From positions 127,350,001-127,414,000 of the forward strand of contig CM059431.1 of NCBI GenBank assembly GCA_030390025.1: a stretch of DNA of 64,000 bases, given 5' to 3'. The translations under genes were made by a program, and so were the position numbers. The first letter of the stretch is position 1, and each line of letters starts with the position of its first letter. The notes under the pieces were generated by a model, which worked only from the letters and a program-made list of their open reading frames with translations, made no database searches and was not told the origin of the DNA. Source of the stretch: Squalus acanthias (lineage: Eukaryota). This document shows positions 22,864 to 36,235 of this stretch, one piece after another.

Positions 22864-25800
22864 TGAAAGGTTTTAGCCATTTACCTGTCCTAACTGATGT
22901 AATCTCATAAAATCTGTATTGTAAATGATGATGATCGAATTAGGTCATACGTTATCTAATCTTTCAAACCAATCAAACTGAAGGAGAATGTCATTGTTCC
23001 CAAATTTCTGCTACTTGCTAAGCTATATTAGCACAGCGTGACTGCATGAGGCATTACAGAATGGTTGAGTCAAATCCAACTTTCTAATTTGCTGACTCGT
23101 TCCTGATATGCAGAGTTAACAGGTCAAACTGACAGAAAATCGGATAATTTATAACATGCGTGAGAGCTTGAATTTCTGGTATATCATTAACATTAACAAA
23201 ACTGTCTTTTAATAATGTGTCAGTCTGTCCATCTACTGATAGCTGGGGCAGCCTGTTACTATGCAGAAAAAGTCACAAATGCAACAGTTTATCTGCAACT
23301 TTATAGCTATATCTGTGCTTTTTGCATTTGTTCTGTACAGCGTAAAATAAATCTACTTGAAAATGTTGTTGCTATTAGTCAAGTCCAGCCATGAATACAT
23401 TTCTTTCTCTCAATGTGCTGGATTCTCTAAAATACCTCACATCATGTGCTGATTGCCTTAAGCCTAATTATAAGTTCATTTCTGGACTGTTTCTGTGTAT
23501 ACACTGAAAACTACAATGGATCAAAGATAAGGGTTTTTTTTGGAGAAAGGGTGAAAACAGGCGCTAAGTGAGTGCTGTGCGAATAAGACGTGCCTGGTTA
23601 AGAGTCTGGATTTAGCCCATAATTTTGGGGCTAGTTGCTGATTGTTATGGTTTAAACGTGCCTGGAGGCACTAAAATGGAGACCTGAATGTTTAGCACTC
23701 AAGCGCTGATTAGGAGCAATTTTCTTGAAGTGGTGAATGTAGCCTCCACGCACCCACTTCCACTGAAGGTCTGGAGTGCGCTGGCTGACAGCGAAACTGA
23801 AGGAGCAGGACAATGGCACTTCACAGGATGGCTCAGGGATCGAGGGAGAGGGCTCACAGGTTCTCAGACTGGAGGTCCTGGTGGAGGAGGTGCAGCGGAG
23901 GAGGGGTATCCTGTACACGCAGGGGGGACGGAGGTCACAGAGGCACTAAAGCATAAGATTAGGGAGGAGATCGCTGAGGATGTCACAGCCAGGAGTACTG
24001 CAGGCAGGACACGGTTCCAGTGCTACCAAAAAATTAATGATTTGACACGAGTGGTCAAAGTAAGATCTTTTCAATAACTTCTCAATAACTGCATCACCAC
24101 CAGCATCTCAACCACAACACACTTCACCATCTAACTATACACTGTTAGTCACACAACCCACACTATTGCAACTTTCACAGGCACTACTCATACCTCAGAC
24201 ACATCTCACAGCTCTTCAACCATGTGAGGCAACACACACAAACACACAAACACACCTGGCAATACAATCATTCACAATCACCACCCTTTCTCTTCCAGGA
24301 TAAGATAGTTCATAACAGGCACCAGCAGGACCTGACCGGAGAGGTGAAGCATGACTCCTTGACATCACTCCCCTTGAGGAGGCAGTGCTGGTGGTAATCG
24401 GGAGGGGAGTGGCAGACGCCATGGCCACAGGCAGAGCAGTGGACATCTCGCCTAGAGGTATGTGGCCACTGCAGCTTCCTTGCAGATGCACAGCTATTCC
24501 TGATCCCTAATCCTCCAAACTTATCCTCACTCACCAGCTCCATATGGTCTCATCACACACATCCTCCTATAGTGGCCACACGCACTGCACCCTAACCCTT
24601 CCAGCTTTATCATCACAGGCTCCCAGGAGCAAGATGCACCTTGCCCATGGAGCATGTTCAAGGAGAGCAACAGGCACCTCACCCCCTCGGAGGAAGAGTA
24701 GGAGGAGGAGGAGAGTGAGGACGAATGCACTGCGTCAATGGCTACCACTGTCGCAGGCACCAGCTCAGAGATTGGCACCATGTGCAACTTCGAGACTAGC
24801 TTAGAAGAGGGATCCTCACACTGGGTGCACCGGGCACTAGCGGGCAGCAGCCAAGCAGGGTGGAAGTGACACCACAGATGCCACCTTTCCGGGGTGGGGG
24901 GGAGGCAAGGTCGTATACTAGTTCTGCTTCAGCGGCGTCAGATGAGGACCTCGCAGGGCCAAGCTTCAGAAGAAGGCTGATAGGTGTGACAAACCAAATG
25001 CTTGGTGCAATGGAGAGCCTGCCTGAAAGCCTACGGGTTGTGACTAGGGGGATGGAGGAGTCCACCTCCACCTTGGTCCATGCCTGGACACAGAGCCTGG
25101 AACCCATCCTCACCAGCGTGGAGAGTCTGATGACTTCCAGCCAGCGATCTATGGAGCCCGTCATCATGCACCGTCTGAAGAATGAGGTCGCAGCTTCCAC
25201 TGCAGTCATTGCAGCTTGCATGGAATGGCAAACTGCTGCAACGGAAGCTCAGGCAGCTGCCATGGTGGCTCTGGGCTCCTCGGTTGAAAGGGGCTTGCAG
25301 AGTCTCTCCAATGCCCACAGATTTGTCCTCCACCAGATCACTGGGCAGGCGGAACAGAGGTCTTGAGGTAGTGGCGTGGGAATCACGGAGCAGGAACTTA
25401 CTGCCCTCTCTCTCGATGCCAGCATTGCTGCTCCCTCCCCCAGCACTTCACCATTGCCCTTGCCGTTGCCTGTCAGCCAGGCGGTCCAGACTGCTGAAGC
25501 CCATGCTGAGATGGTGCAGTCTGAGGCGGGGCCAGCACGGCCCACAGCCTCTCGAGGGTGTCCCAGGAGGACATCTGAACTGCCCTCTTCAGATTCTCAG
25601 CAGCCATCCACTTCACCTGCTGCTGCCACTGGGGTTGCACTTTGTAGAAGCACCAGAGTAGCCAAGAGCACTTATAGGATAAGGGTAAGCACCAGGGTGA
25701 ATAGTTTAATACTTGTAAGTTATGCTGGTTCTGTCATGTTTAAATATTTTGTTTTTTGATGTATACAAACAGTGATTATGGTAATTGGGTAGTGGTTGAA

Positions 25801-28243
25801 TCAGTGGTCATTTTTATTGTGATCTTCATGAGGAAGGGGTTGAAAGGATTTAGTGCAGATGATGGACTGCCTGATGAATCCTAAATCATAGAAGGTACAG
25901 CATGTGGCAACAGTGCACCAGGGTCTGATGGTGGAGCTCGTGTCTCAAAAGTGCTATTCAATTAGATGGCAGCGAGCATCCCTCCCAGGTGCGGCCCACC
26001 TACTTGGAAGCCTCTAGTGCTCCCCCTGGTCCCCCTCCTCTTCCTCCTCCTCCTCTTTTTTTTATTCATTCACAGGATGTGAGTGTCACTGGCAAGGCCA
26101 GCCTTTATTGCCTATCCCTAATTGCCCTTAAGAAGGTGGTGGTGTGTCGCCTTCTTGAACCGCTGCGGAACATGTGGTGAAGGTACTCCCACAGTGCTGT
26201 TAGATAGGGAGTTCCAAGATTTTGACCCAGCAATGATGAAGGAATGGTGATATATTTCCAAGTCAGGATGGTGTGTGACTTGGAGGGGAACTTGGAGGTG
26301 ATGGTGTTCCCATGTGCCTGCTGCCCTTGTCCTTCTAGGTGGTAGAGGGTGCGGGTTTGGGAGGTGCTGCTGAAGAAGCCTTGGCGAGTTGCTGCAATGC
26401 ATCTTGTAGATGGTACACACTGCAGACATGGTACGCTGGTGGTGGAGGGAGTGAATGTTTAAGGTGGTGGATGGGGTGCCAATCAAGCGGGCTGCTTTGT
26501 TCTGGATGGTGTCTAGCTTCTTGAGTGTTGTTGGAGCTGCACTGATCCAGGCAAATGGAGAGTATTCCATCACACTCCTATGCTTGTTCCTTGTATATGT
26601 TGGAAAGGCTTTGGGGTGTTAGGAGGTGAGTCACTTGCTGCAAAATACCCAGCCTCTGACCTGCTCTTGTAGCCACAGTATTTATGTGGCTGGTCCAGTA
26701 AAGTTTCTGGTCAATGGTGACCCCCAGGATATTGATGGTGGGGAAATATCATGATGGCAACGCCATTGAATGCCAAGGAGAGGTGGTTAGACTTTCTCTT
26801 GTTGGAGATGGTCATTGCCTCGCACTTGTGTGGTGTGAATGTTGCTTGTCACTTAGCAGCCCAAGCTTGAATGTTGACAAGGTCTTGCTGCATGCGGGCA
26901 TGGACAGCTTCATTATCTGAGGCGTTGCAAATGGAACTGAACCCTGTGCAATCATCAGTGAACATCTCCACTTCTGACCTTATGATGGAGGGAAGGATGA
27001 AGCAGCTGAAGATGGTTGGGCCTAGGACACTGCCCTGAGGAACCCCTGCAGCGATGTTCTAGGGCTGAGATGATTGGCTTCCAACAATGACAACCATCTT
27101 CCTTTGTGCTAGGTGTGACTCTAAGCCAGTGAAGAGTTTTCCTCCTTATTCCCATTGACTTCAATTTTACTAGGGCTCCTTGATGCCACACTCACTCAAA
27201 TGCTGCCTTGATGTCGAGAGCAGTCACTTTCACCTCACCTCTGGAATTAAGCTCTTTTGTCCATGATTGGACCGAGGTTGTGATGAGGTCTGGAGCCGAG
27301 CGGTCCTGGCGGAACCCAAACTGAGCATTGGTGAGCATGCTATTGGTGAGTAAGTGCCACTTGATAGCACTGTTGACGACACCTTTCATCACTTTGCTGA
27401 TGATTGAGAGTAGACTGACGGGGTGGTAATTGGCTAGATTGGAATTGTTCTGCTTTTTGTAATTTTTAACTTTGTCGGGTAGATGCCAGTGTTGTAGCTG
27501 TACTGGAACAGCTTGGCTAGAGCTGCGGCTAGTTCTGCAACACAAGTCTTTATCACGACAGCCGGGATGTTGTCGGGGCCCATAGCCTTTGCTGTATCCA
27601 GTGCACTCAGACATTTCCTGATATCATGTGGAGTGAATCGAATTGGCTGAAGACTGGCTTCTGGGATGGTGGGGACGTCAGGAGGAGGCCGAGATGGATC
27701 ATCCACTGGGCACTTCTGGCTGAAGATGGTTGTAAACATTTCAGCTTTGTCTTTTGCACTCATGTGCTGGGCTCCACCATCATTGAGGATGTGGATGTTC
27801 ATGGAGCCTCCTACTAACGTTAGTTGTTTAATGGTCCACCACCATTCATGATTGGATTTGACAGGACTGCAGAGCTTTGATCTGATCCATTGCCTGTGGG
27901 ATTGCTTAGCTTTGTCTATAGCATGCTGCTTCTGCAGTTAACAATGCATGTAGTCCTGTGTTGTAGTTTCACCAGGTTGGCACCTCATTTTTAGGTACGC
28001 CTGGTGCTGCTCCTGACATTCTCTTTTCCACTCCTCATTGAACCATAGTTGGTCCCCTGGCTTGATGGTAATGGTTGAGTGAGGATGCCGGGCCATGAGG
28101 TTACAGTTTGTGGTGGAATACAATTCTGCTGCTGCTGATGGCCCACAGCGCCTCATGGATGCCCAGTTTTCAGCTGCTAGATCTGTTCTGAATCTATCCC
28201 ATTTAGCACGATGGTAGTGCCACACAACACGATGGAGGGTATC

Positions 28244-30631
28244 TGTAGAATTCGCAATATAATCGCGATTTTATAAATAAGGAGAAAACACATAGTTTCG
28301 TTCAAACAGCTTTATTTCAGCAGAATGCTGTCAGGTTTTCAAAGTGGACACAAGCAGCCTGTAAAATGGCCGCCACGCCTCGTGGCAGAACATTCTAGAC
28401 TTTTCGATAAGCAGACAAGATGGCGTTCCAATAAACATTTGTGCGAGATCGATCAAGACTCAGCACATTTGAGATAATACACGAGACATTATGGGGGAAA
28501 AATTCAGCTGCTTGCGCCTCCCGTTAGCGCCTTAAGAGGGCGCTAATGGGGCGTAAAGCAGCTAACGCCCGGGCGCAGCGCCGCCCACGCCTCCCGAAAA
28601 ATTCAGTGGGAGGTTAGCGGCGGCGGCAGCCGGTAGCGCCCTGTGGCGCTGCGCCGCCGGCGATGACGTCATCGCCGTGCGCAGCACCCCGCTCGCGCCC
28701 CGGCCGTGATCTTCAGTCGCGCCCCCTGATTTACCGCCAGACGCTATGTCCGACGGGTTCAGGGAGGCGTACGTGCGGCCGGGGCGGCGATATTTAAAGG
28801 GGAGTTGGCAGGCGGCCATTTTTGTTGCTGGCCGCCTGCCAGCACCTGCCCCCGTTGCTGTCCCCGGCCCCCGTGAAGCCCCCCCACCGTGAAGTGCCGG
28901 CTGCGCTCCAAGAGCCCGGCACTTCTCTTGAGTGCCGGGCTCTTTTGCCGGCACTCCCGATCCCTGGGGGCCCAGCTGGGCCCCGGTTCGCGCTGCGCAG
29001 GGTCCCTCCCCTTTAAGAAGGGGAGAAAGGCCTGCAATACCGCGGCACGTAGCGCCAGGATATTCCCTCGCAGCGCCCCAAGAGGGATGCGGGGTGCTTC
29101 CAGTGGCGCCCCGCTTCCCTCTTGGGGCGCAACCACTGAAGTTCCGGCGCGGGGCCGCCATTTTTTTCGGGGCGCTAAAAGTCGCGCCCCGGCGAGGTTA
29201 GCGCCCCAAATGGGGCGCGACTCAATTTTTACCCCTATGGGTTTGCAGTATACACATAAATACTGAAATCGGTCTCCCAGGTGCGAATAAGGGCTATTGT
29301 ACCAAGCGATCAAGAACCCATCCAAAGACATTAATATGCAAAATCCCCACGACTCTACGATGAGAGAGCCGTTTGCGGGTAGTTACAGAAAACATTTGGA
29401 AGCCCCAAAACCCCTCCAGGGAGAGTACTGACCGGTTACACAATGGGAAAAATATTAACAGGTACTCAGACAGTTACAAGTATCACCGAAACCCATTAAA
29501 TGGAGATCACCCTATACAAGAAGTTTGAGCGCCAAAACCCTAACAAAAGAGAAGACATTAAGGTTGGGCGGGAAAAGAAGAGTTTCAGCACTATAACTGT
29601 AAGCTACAACCGTCCATCTTTCTCTTATCCTGTTGACTCCTTGCCGCTTGCCTCGTGTCTCTGCCTCTTGCAGCTCTTGCTGTTTGACTTGCTGAAAGAC
29701 TGTTGAACTTTCTGATCCGCCAGGATCAGCCTCGTGGCTTGCCGTGAAGATCTGTGTGGAACTGGGCTGTGAAGCCTTGAAACGGGCACACCATCCCGAG
29801 AAGTCGGTAAACGGTGTTGGCACCGAAGGCCCGAGATGAGATGAGATGAGATGAGATGAGAAGAGAAGAAGATGACAATACATATCGTCACGGTCAGTAA
29901 GCCCCGACCGTGCTCGATAAATCGGTAACTGCTACCCAACTAGCATCGGAAGACTATTCTTCGAATTTTATCGCATCAGTGCGAGGGCACAGGAAGACTC
30001 TTTTTTGAGTAGTGTCGGAACTCTGAGGACAACACAGATCTTCATGACAGCAGACAGTCCAGCCTGCTAGCCGGAGCAGAAACGAGTAAACAAGTGGGGT
30101 ACAGAGACCCCTGATCAACACGTGGGTGATCAGGTGCTGCGGTAAAAACATCCGAGCAGAGTTTTCGGAATTCTCCGAGTTATCACGAGTGGTGAGCATG
30201 AGTCTCGATCCTACAAATCTAGTTTAGAGCAGGTATTGATAGGGGAGGGTTTAAGTTTTAAGGATAACTGTAATGTGTGCCCCCATTTACGATGTGTCGT
30301 TCGTTCCTCGTTTCCCTGAAATTAGTTACATAACTGCGTGTAAGATTGTACTGTCATTAATCTGTGCTTATGACATGTATTTCGTAATCTTGAATAATAT
30401 GCAATAAAGATTTTCCATTTCGTACCATTCAACCGGGTCTACCTGAGTTTTCTCTCCATTATTGCTCTCGCATCTAAGTCCAGTGTCAGAACCGTAAGGG
30501 CGAGTGGGTCGAACCACTCACAGGTGTCTAGTGCTCCCAGACTGGCTGGAGACCAGAACAGGCAACAAGGCCTAACCTCGCACTAGCACCCAGGCTGAGC
30601 ACAGAGCCACAAATGGGTCAAAACCCTTACA
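28244..30631 (+). mobile_element. Solo LTR B (about 1.64 kb without its MITE)
   Basis: TG...CA ends. TSD TATC at 28240-28243 and 30632-30635. AATAAA at 30403-30408. Homologous to LTR A. (GAGAT)n at about 29833-29860. Confidence 0.92.
28493..29235 (+). mobile_element. GC/CpG-rich Harbinger-type MITE inside LTR B
   Basis: 15-bp TIR with 13/15 match (GGGGGAAAAATTCAG / CTCAATTTTTACCCC). 3-bp TSD TAT. Confidence 0.9.
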
Positions 30632-31007
30632 TATCCTCAGTGTGAAGACGGGACTTCTTCTCCACAAGTACTGTGCGGTGGTCACTCCTACCAATACTGT
30701 CATGGACAGATGGATCTTCCGTCTCCTCCTCTTCCTCCTTCTCCTCTTGTGGCTACTGAGCTTGACCCTCTGGCACAATTGCTGGTGGTAAAGGCAGATC
30801 TCTCAGGATCATCAGATTGTGGAGCATGCAGCAAATCATCACAAATGTGGACACCTTCTCGGCCAAATACTGCAGGGCACCTCCTGACTGGTCATGGCAT
30901 CTGTGCTTCTGTTTCAGGACCTCAATGGTCTGCTCGATGATATTCCTGGTGGCTGACTGGCTCTCATTGTATGAGTGCTCAGCTGGTGTCTGGGGGGTTT
31001 TCAGGGG

Positions 31008-32620
31008 AACATAAGAACATAAGAACATAAGAAATAGGAGCAGGAGTAGGCCAATCGGCCCCTCGAGCCTGCTCCGCCATTCAATAAGATCATGGCTGAT
31101 CTGATCCTAACCGCCAATCTACTATCTATCACAGAACCATCTCCTGCATCTAACAGAATTGCACACACGAAATAGGAGCAGAATCAGGCTACACGGTCCC
31201 TGGGCCCGCTCCACTACCCACAGGGCCATGACCGATCCGAACCTAGACTCATGTCCAAATTCCTGCCCGCTCCCCGTAACCCTTAATGCCCTTTACTTCT
31301 AGGAAACTGTCTATTTCTGTTTTAAATTTATTTAATGATGTAGCTTCTACAGCTTTTTGTGGCAGCATATTCCATGGACCTACCACCCTCTGAGTGAAGT
31401 AGTTCCTCCTCATCTCAGTTTTGAAAGAGCAGCCCCTTATTCTAAGACTATGTCCCCTAGTTCTAGTCTCACCCGTCATCGGGAACATCCTCCCCGCATC
31501 CACCCGATCCAAACCCTTCACAATCTTATATGTTTCAATAAGATCGCCTCTCATTCTTCTGAACTCCAATGAGTAGAGTCCCAATCTACCCAACCTCTCC
31601 TCATATGACCACCCCCTCATCCCCGGGATTAACCGAGTGAACCTTTTTTGCACTGCCTCGAGAGCAAGGATGTCTTTCCTTAAGTAAGGACACCAAAACT
31701 GTATGCAGTATTCCAGGTGCGGTCTCACCAATACCTTGTAGAACTGAAGCAATACCTCCCTATTTTTATATTCTATCCCCCTAGCAATGAAAGCCAACAT
31801 TCCATTTGCCTTCTTAATCACTTGCTGCACCTGCATACTAACCTTTTGAGTTTCGTGCACCAGGACCCCCAGGTCCCTTTGCACTTCAGTACTCTCCAGT
31901 TTCTTGCCATTAAAATAATAAATTGCTCTAGGATTTTTCCTGCCAAAGTGCATCACCTCACACTTTCCAGTGTTGTATTCCATCTGCCAAATCTCTGCCC
32001 ACTTACTTAGCCTGTCTATGTCCCCTTGCAGGTTTTTTATGTCCTCCTCACTCACTACTTTCCCTCCCATCTTTGTATCATCTGCAAATTTTGATATGTT
32101 ACACTTGGTCCCTTCCTCCAAATCGTTAATATAGATTGTAAAGAGTTGGGGACCCAGCACTGACCCCTGTGGAACACCACTAGTTACTGATTGCCAGTCT
32201 GAGAATGAACCATTTATCCCAACTCTTTGCTTTCTGTTAGATAGCCAATCCTCTATCCATGCCAGAATATTACCCCCAATCCCGTGATGTTTTACCTGAA
32301 TCAATAATCTTTTGTGTGGCACCTTGTCAAATGCCTTTTGGAAGTCTAAATACACTACGTCCACTGGTTCCCCTTTATCCACTCTATATGTTACTTCCTC
32401 AAAGAACTCCAGCAAATATGTCAAACATGACTTCACCTTCGTAAAACCATGCTGACTTTGTCCTATTAAATTATGATTATCCAAATGTCCTGTTACTGTT
32501 TCCTTAATAATGGACTCCAAAATTTTACCTACCACAGATGTTAGGCTAACCGGTCTATAGTTACCAGCCTTCTGTCTACTGCCCTTTTTAAATAAGGGTG
32601 TTACATTAGCAGTTTTCCAG
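31008..32620 (-). mobile_element. Young CR1 LINE, 5'-truncated, inside the transposase
   Basis: Uninterrupted 460-aa ORF 31249-32631 with FADD. (TTCTTATG)n tail. Splits the transposase motif WLMT|PLKTP. Confidence 0.95.
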
Positions 32621-33206
32621 TCATGAGCCATGGCATCAGAGGATATTCCTTGTCACCTAGTAGCCAGCCATGCACATTGCGTTGGGACTCAAAGATCTGT
32701 GGGACGGATGATTGCCTCATTATAAACGCATCGTGGCAGCTCCCTGGATAACAGGCATTCACCTGCTTAATTCGCTGCCGGTGGTCGCAGACAAGCTGTA
32801 CATAGATGGAATGGAATTAAATGAGGGGCTCGCATGGCCACATGTGTACCGTCAATGGCTCCCTGGACCATGGGGAACCCTGCAATCCTGTTAAATCCTA
32901 GTGCTCTCTGCCTCTGGTCTTCTCTGGCAATAGGGAATGATATGTAGTCATTCCTCAGAGCGTATAGAGCCGCAGAGACCTCACTTATGCAGAGGTGCAC
33001 AGAGCATTGTGAGATGTAACTTATATCACTTGTGGCAGCCTATAAGATTCCAGTAGCATAAAGGTTAAGTGCTACTGTGACCTTGACTGCCACAGGCAAT
33101 GCAGTCCTGGCTGTGCTGTGATGTCTGAGTCTTCGATCGACGAGACCAACTACCTCTGTAACAACCTCCTTGTTAAAGCGTAGCCTTCTTATGCACTGGT
33201 CTTCGG

Positions 33207-33847
33207 TAGCAAAAGGGTTGGAATTACAGGACAGGGAGACCTTGCTGGCAGCTGTACAGGCACTGGTGTGACCACACCTCGAGTACTGTGGACAGTTTTG
33301 GTCGCCTCATCTGAGGAAAGATGTTCTTTGCCATGGGAGGGGTGGCAGCGGCGATTCACCAGCTGATACCAGGAATGGCGGGATTGACCTATGAGGAGAG
33401 ACTATGTCGTTTGAGGGATTGTACACACCGGAGGGAGAAATTGGGAGAGGGACCTCATAGAAGTGTATAAAATTCTGACAGGTCTGACAGACTTGATGCA
33501 GAAGGAATGTTTCCCTTGGCGGGTGAGAACAGAACTAGAGGACATAATTTAAGGATAATGGGCTAAACCCCATTTAGGACAGAATTGAGGGGGATTTCTT
33601 CACTCAGAGGGTGGTGAACCTGGTGGAACTCATTGCCACAGAGGGCAGTGTACGCCAGCTCATTAAATATATTTAAGAGGGAATTAGATATATTTCTACA
33701 GGCATAAAGGGGTTAAGGGTTACGGAGAGAAGGCGGGGACGTGATACTGAATTGGAGGATCAGCCATGATCTCATTAAATGGCGGAGCAGCTCGAAGGGC
33801 CGGATGGCCTACTCCTGCTCCTATCTTCTATGTATCTATGTATCTAT
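33207..33847 (+). mobile_element. CR1 3' fragment, frameshifted
   Basis: RPHLEYCGQFWSP-like coding region, CR1 3' UTR and (TATCTATG)n tail. Confidence 0.9.
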
Positions 33848-34592
33848 GAGAGCCTTCCTCGCCCTCGTGTCCCTCTCTCCTGCAGCAGCTGGTGCTTCTC
33901 TGCCTGCCCTCATCTCCTCTGCCAGTTTGTCATGCAGAGCAAGTGGCCCCCTAAAGATGCCCATGACCAACCATTCCCTTTCGGCTGGTGACTCCTGTAA
34001 GGTGTCCAATAAAGAACAGTAGCACATCACTCACTCTTTTTAGGTGAAATACTGAAAGAATATCCGGAAAATGTTGATAGAGTGTTGGTAAATTCTTGAC
34101 AAAGTGTCTCAGCAAGTATCCAGATGTGTCTCAAAAGTCCTCTTCAAACGCAGTGTAGTCAGTCGATCTCAATCAGCAAGTGAACATTGAAAGCTGAGCA
34201 TAGCTTTAAGTAGCGCTCGAAATACTCAGCAGGGACTTGTTTACTCCTGTTCAGCTGGTCTCTGTTAGGAGATGTCATTAAATGAAGAGTTATCCACCAA
34301 AATGGCGTGCAGCCTCTTTAATGAGTGCAAGCAGGCAATTTAATTGTCAATCAGTCCCTTAACAATCCTCCGAGCGGCCGTTCCTAGTGCGCGCTTCAAC
34401 TCCATTACCAAGATGGCATGTTGCGCTAAACGCAGGCTAAACCAGCGTTTCAGCTCAAGACCCTAACTTGGCCACCTCTTTACCTCTTTAAAGCCTAAAG
34501 TTTTCAGCCAAAAATGCCCCCGCAGACTTTTAAAAACCAAGTTTGATGTCACTTATTCACTACTATCTGTTTTATTTTATCTCTTTTGAACG

Positions 34593-36234
34593 TAGAATCA
34601 TAGAATCATAGAATGGTTACAGCACAGAAGGCGGTCATTCGGCCAGTCGAGCCCATGCCGGCTCTCAGCTGGTCCCGCTCCCCCGCCATTTCCGCGTAGC
34701 CCTGCAAATTTTTTTCCTTCAATACTTATCCAATTCCCTTTTGAAAGCCAGGATTGAGTCTGCCTCCACCACCCTCTCAGGCAGTGCATTGCAGATCATA
34801 ACCACTCGCTGCGTAAAAAAGATTTTTGTCATGTCGCCTTTGGTTCTTCTGCCAATCACCTTAAATCTGTGTCCTCTGGTTCTTGACCCTTCCACCAATG
34901 GGAACAGTTTCTCTCTATCTACTCAGTCTAGACCCCTCATGATTTTGAACACCTCTATCAAATCTCCTCTCAACCTTCTTTGCTCTAAGGAGAACAACCC
35001 CAGCTTCTCCAGTCTATCAACGTAACTGAAGTCCCTCATCCCTGGAACCATTCTTGTAAATCTTTTCTGCACCCTCTCTAAGGCCTTCACATCCTTCCTA
35101 AAGTGCGGTGCCCAGAATTGGACACAATACTCCAGTTGAGGCCAAACCAGTGTTTTATAAAGGTTCATCATAACTTCCTTACTTTTGTACTCTATGCCTC
35201 TATTTATGAAGCCCAGTATCCCGTATGCTTTTTCAACCGCTTTCTCAACTTGTCCTGCCACCTTCAACGATTTGTGCACATATACCCCCAGGTCTCTCTG
35301 TTCATGCACCCCTTTTATAATTGTCCCCTTTAGTTTATATTGCCTCTCCTCATTCTTCCTACCAAAATGTAGCACTTCGCACTTTTCTGCGTTAAATTTC
35401 ATCTGCCACGTGTCCGCCCATTCCACCAGCCAGTCAATGTCCTCTTGAAGTCTATCACTATCCTCCTCACTGTTCACTATACTTCCAAGTTTTGTATCAT
35501 CTGCAAATTTTGAAATTGTGCTCTGTACACCCAAGTCCAAGTCATTAATATATACCAAGAAAAGCAGTGGGTACCGACCCCTGGGGAACATCACCGTATA
35601 CCTTCCTTCAGTCTGAAAAACACCTGTTCACCACTACACTCTGTTTCCTGTCACTTAGCCAATTTCCGTATCCATGCTGTCACTGTCCCTTTTATTCCGT
35701 GGGCTTCAACTTTGCTAGCAAGCCTATTATGTGGCACTTTATCAAACACCTTTTGGAAGTCCATGTACACTACATCAACCACATTGGCCTCAGCTACCAT
35801 CTCTGTTACCTCATCAAAAAACTCAATCAAGTTAGTTAAACACGATTTGCCTTTAACAAATCCCAGCTGGCTTTCCTTTAATTAATCTACACTATGTCCA
35901 AGTGACTGTTAATTTTGTCCCGGATTATCATTTCTAAAAGCTTCCCCACTACCGAGGTTAAACTGACTGGTCTGTAGTTGCTGGCTTTATCCTTGCACCC
36001 TTTTTTGAACAAGGGTGTAACATTTGCAATTCTCCAGTCCTCTGGCACCACCCCCGTATGAAGGAAAGATTATGGCCAGTACCTCTGCAATTTACACCCT
36101 TACCTCCCTCAGCATCCTAGGATGCATCCCATATGGTCCTGGTAACTTATATACTTTAAGTACAGCCAGCCTTTCTCATACCTTTTTATCAATTTTTATC
36201 CCATCTAGTATCTCAACTACCTCCTCTTTCACTA
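34593..36234 (-). mobile_element. CR1 LINE, ATTCTATG-tail subfamily, 5'-truncated
   Basis: ORF 34923-35594 (ISKFADDTKL, QLEYCVQFWAP). Tail reads TAGAATCATAGAATCATAGAAT on +. Confidence 0.95.
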
Positions 36235-36235
36235 T

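Larger units (their letters stand above)
26055..30716 (-). mobile_element. LINE family T inserted in the transposase acidic tail, split by LTR B
   Basis: EN/RT fragments at 26118-28225. Sequence resumes at 30636 (CTCAGTGTGAAGACGGG). CTCCTCTTCCTCCT lies on both sides of the LINE. Confidence 0.9.
23531..34521. mobile_element. Harbinger element carrying nested insertions
   Basis: Myb gene on + (donor 24060, exon 2 24299-24457, exon 3 from 24619). Transposase on - in pieces at 33848-34000, 32621-33206, 30717-31007 and 25860-26054, with AIDGTH, WLLGDKEY and IIEQTI. Ends GGGTTTTTTTTGG / CCAAAAATGCCCCC. TSD not recovered. Confidence 0.8.

Noticed and set aside
28562..29331. Long GC-rich ORFs (190-199 aa) or a host CpG-island promoter
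   Set aside because: They lie within a TIR/TSD-bounded MITE, and high GC content explains the lack of stops.
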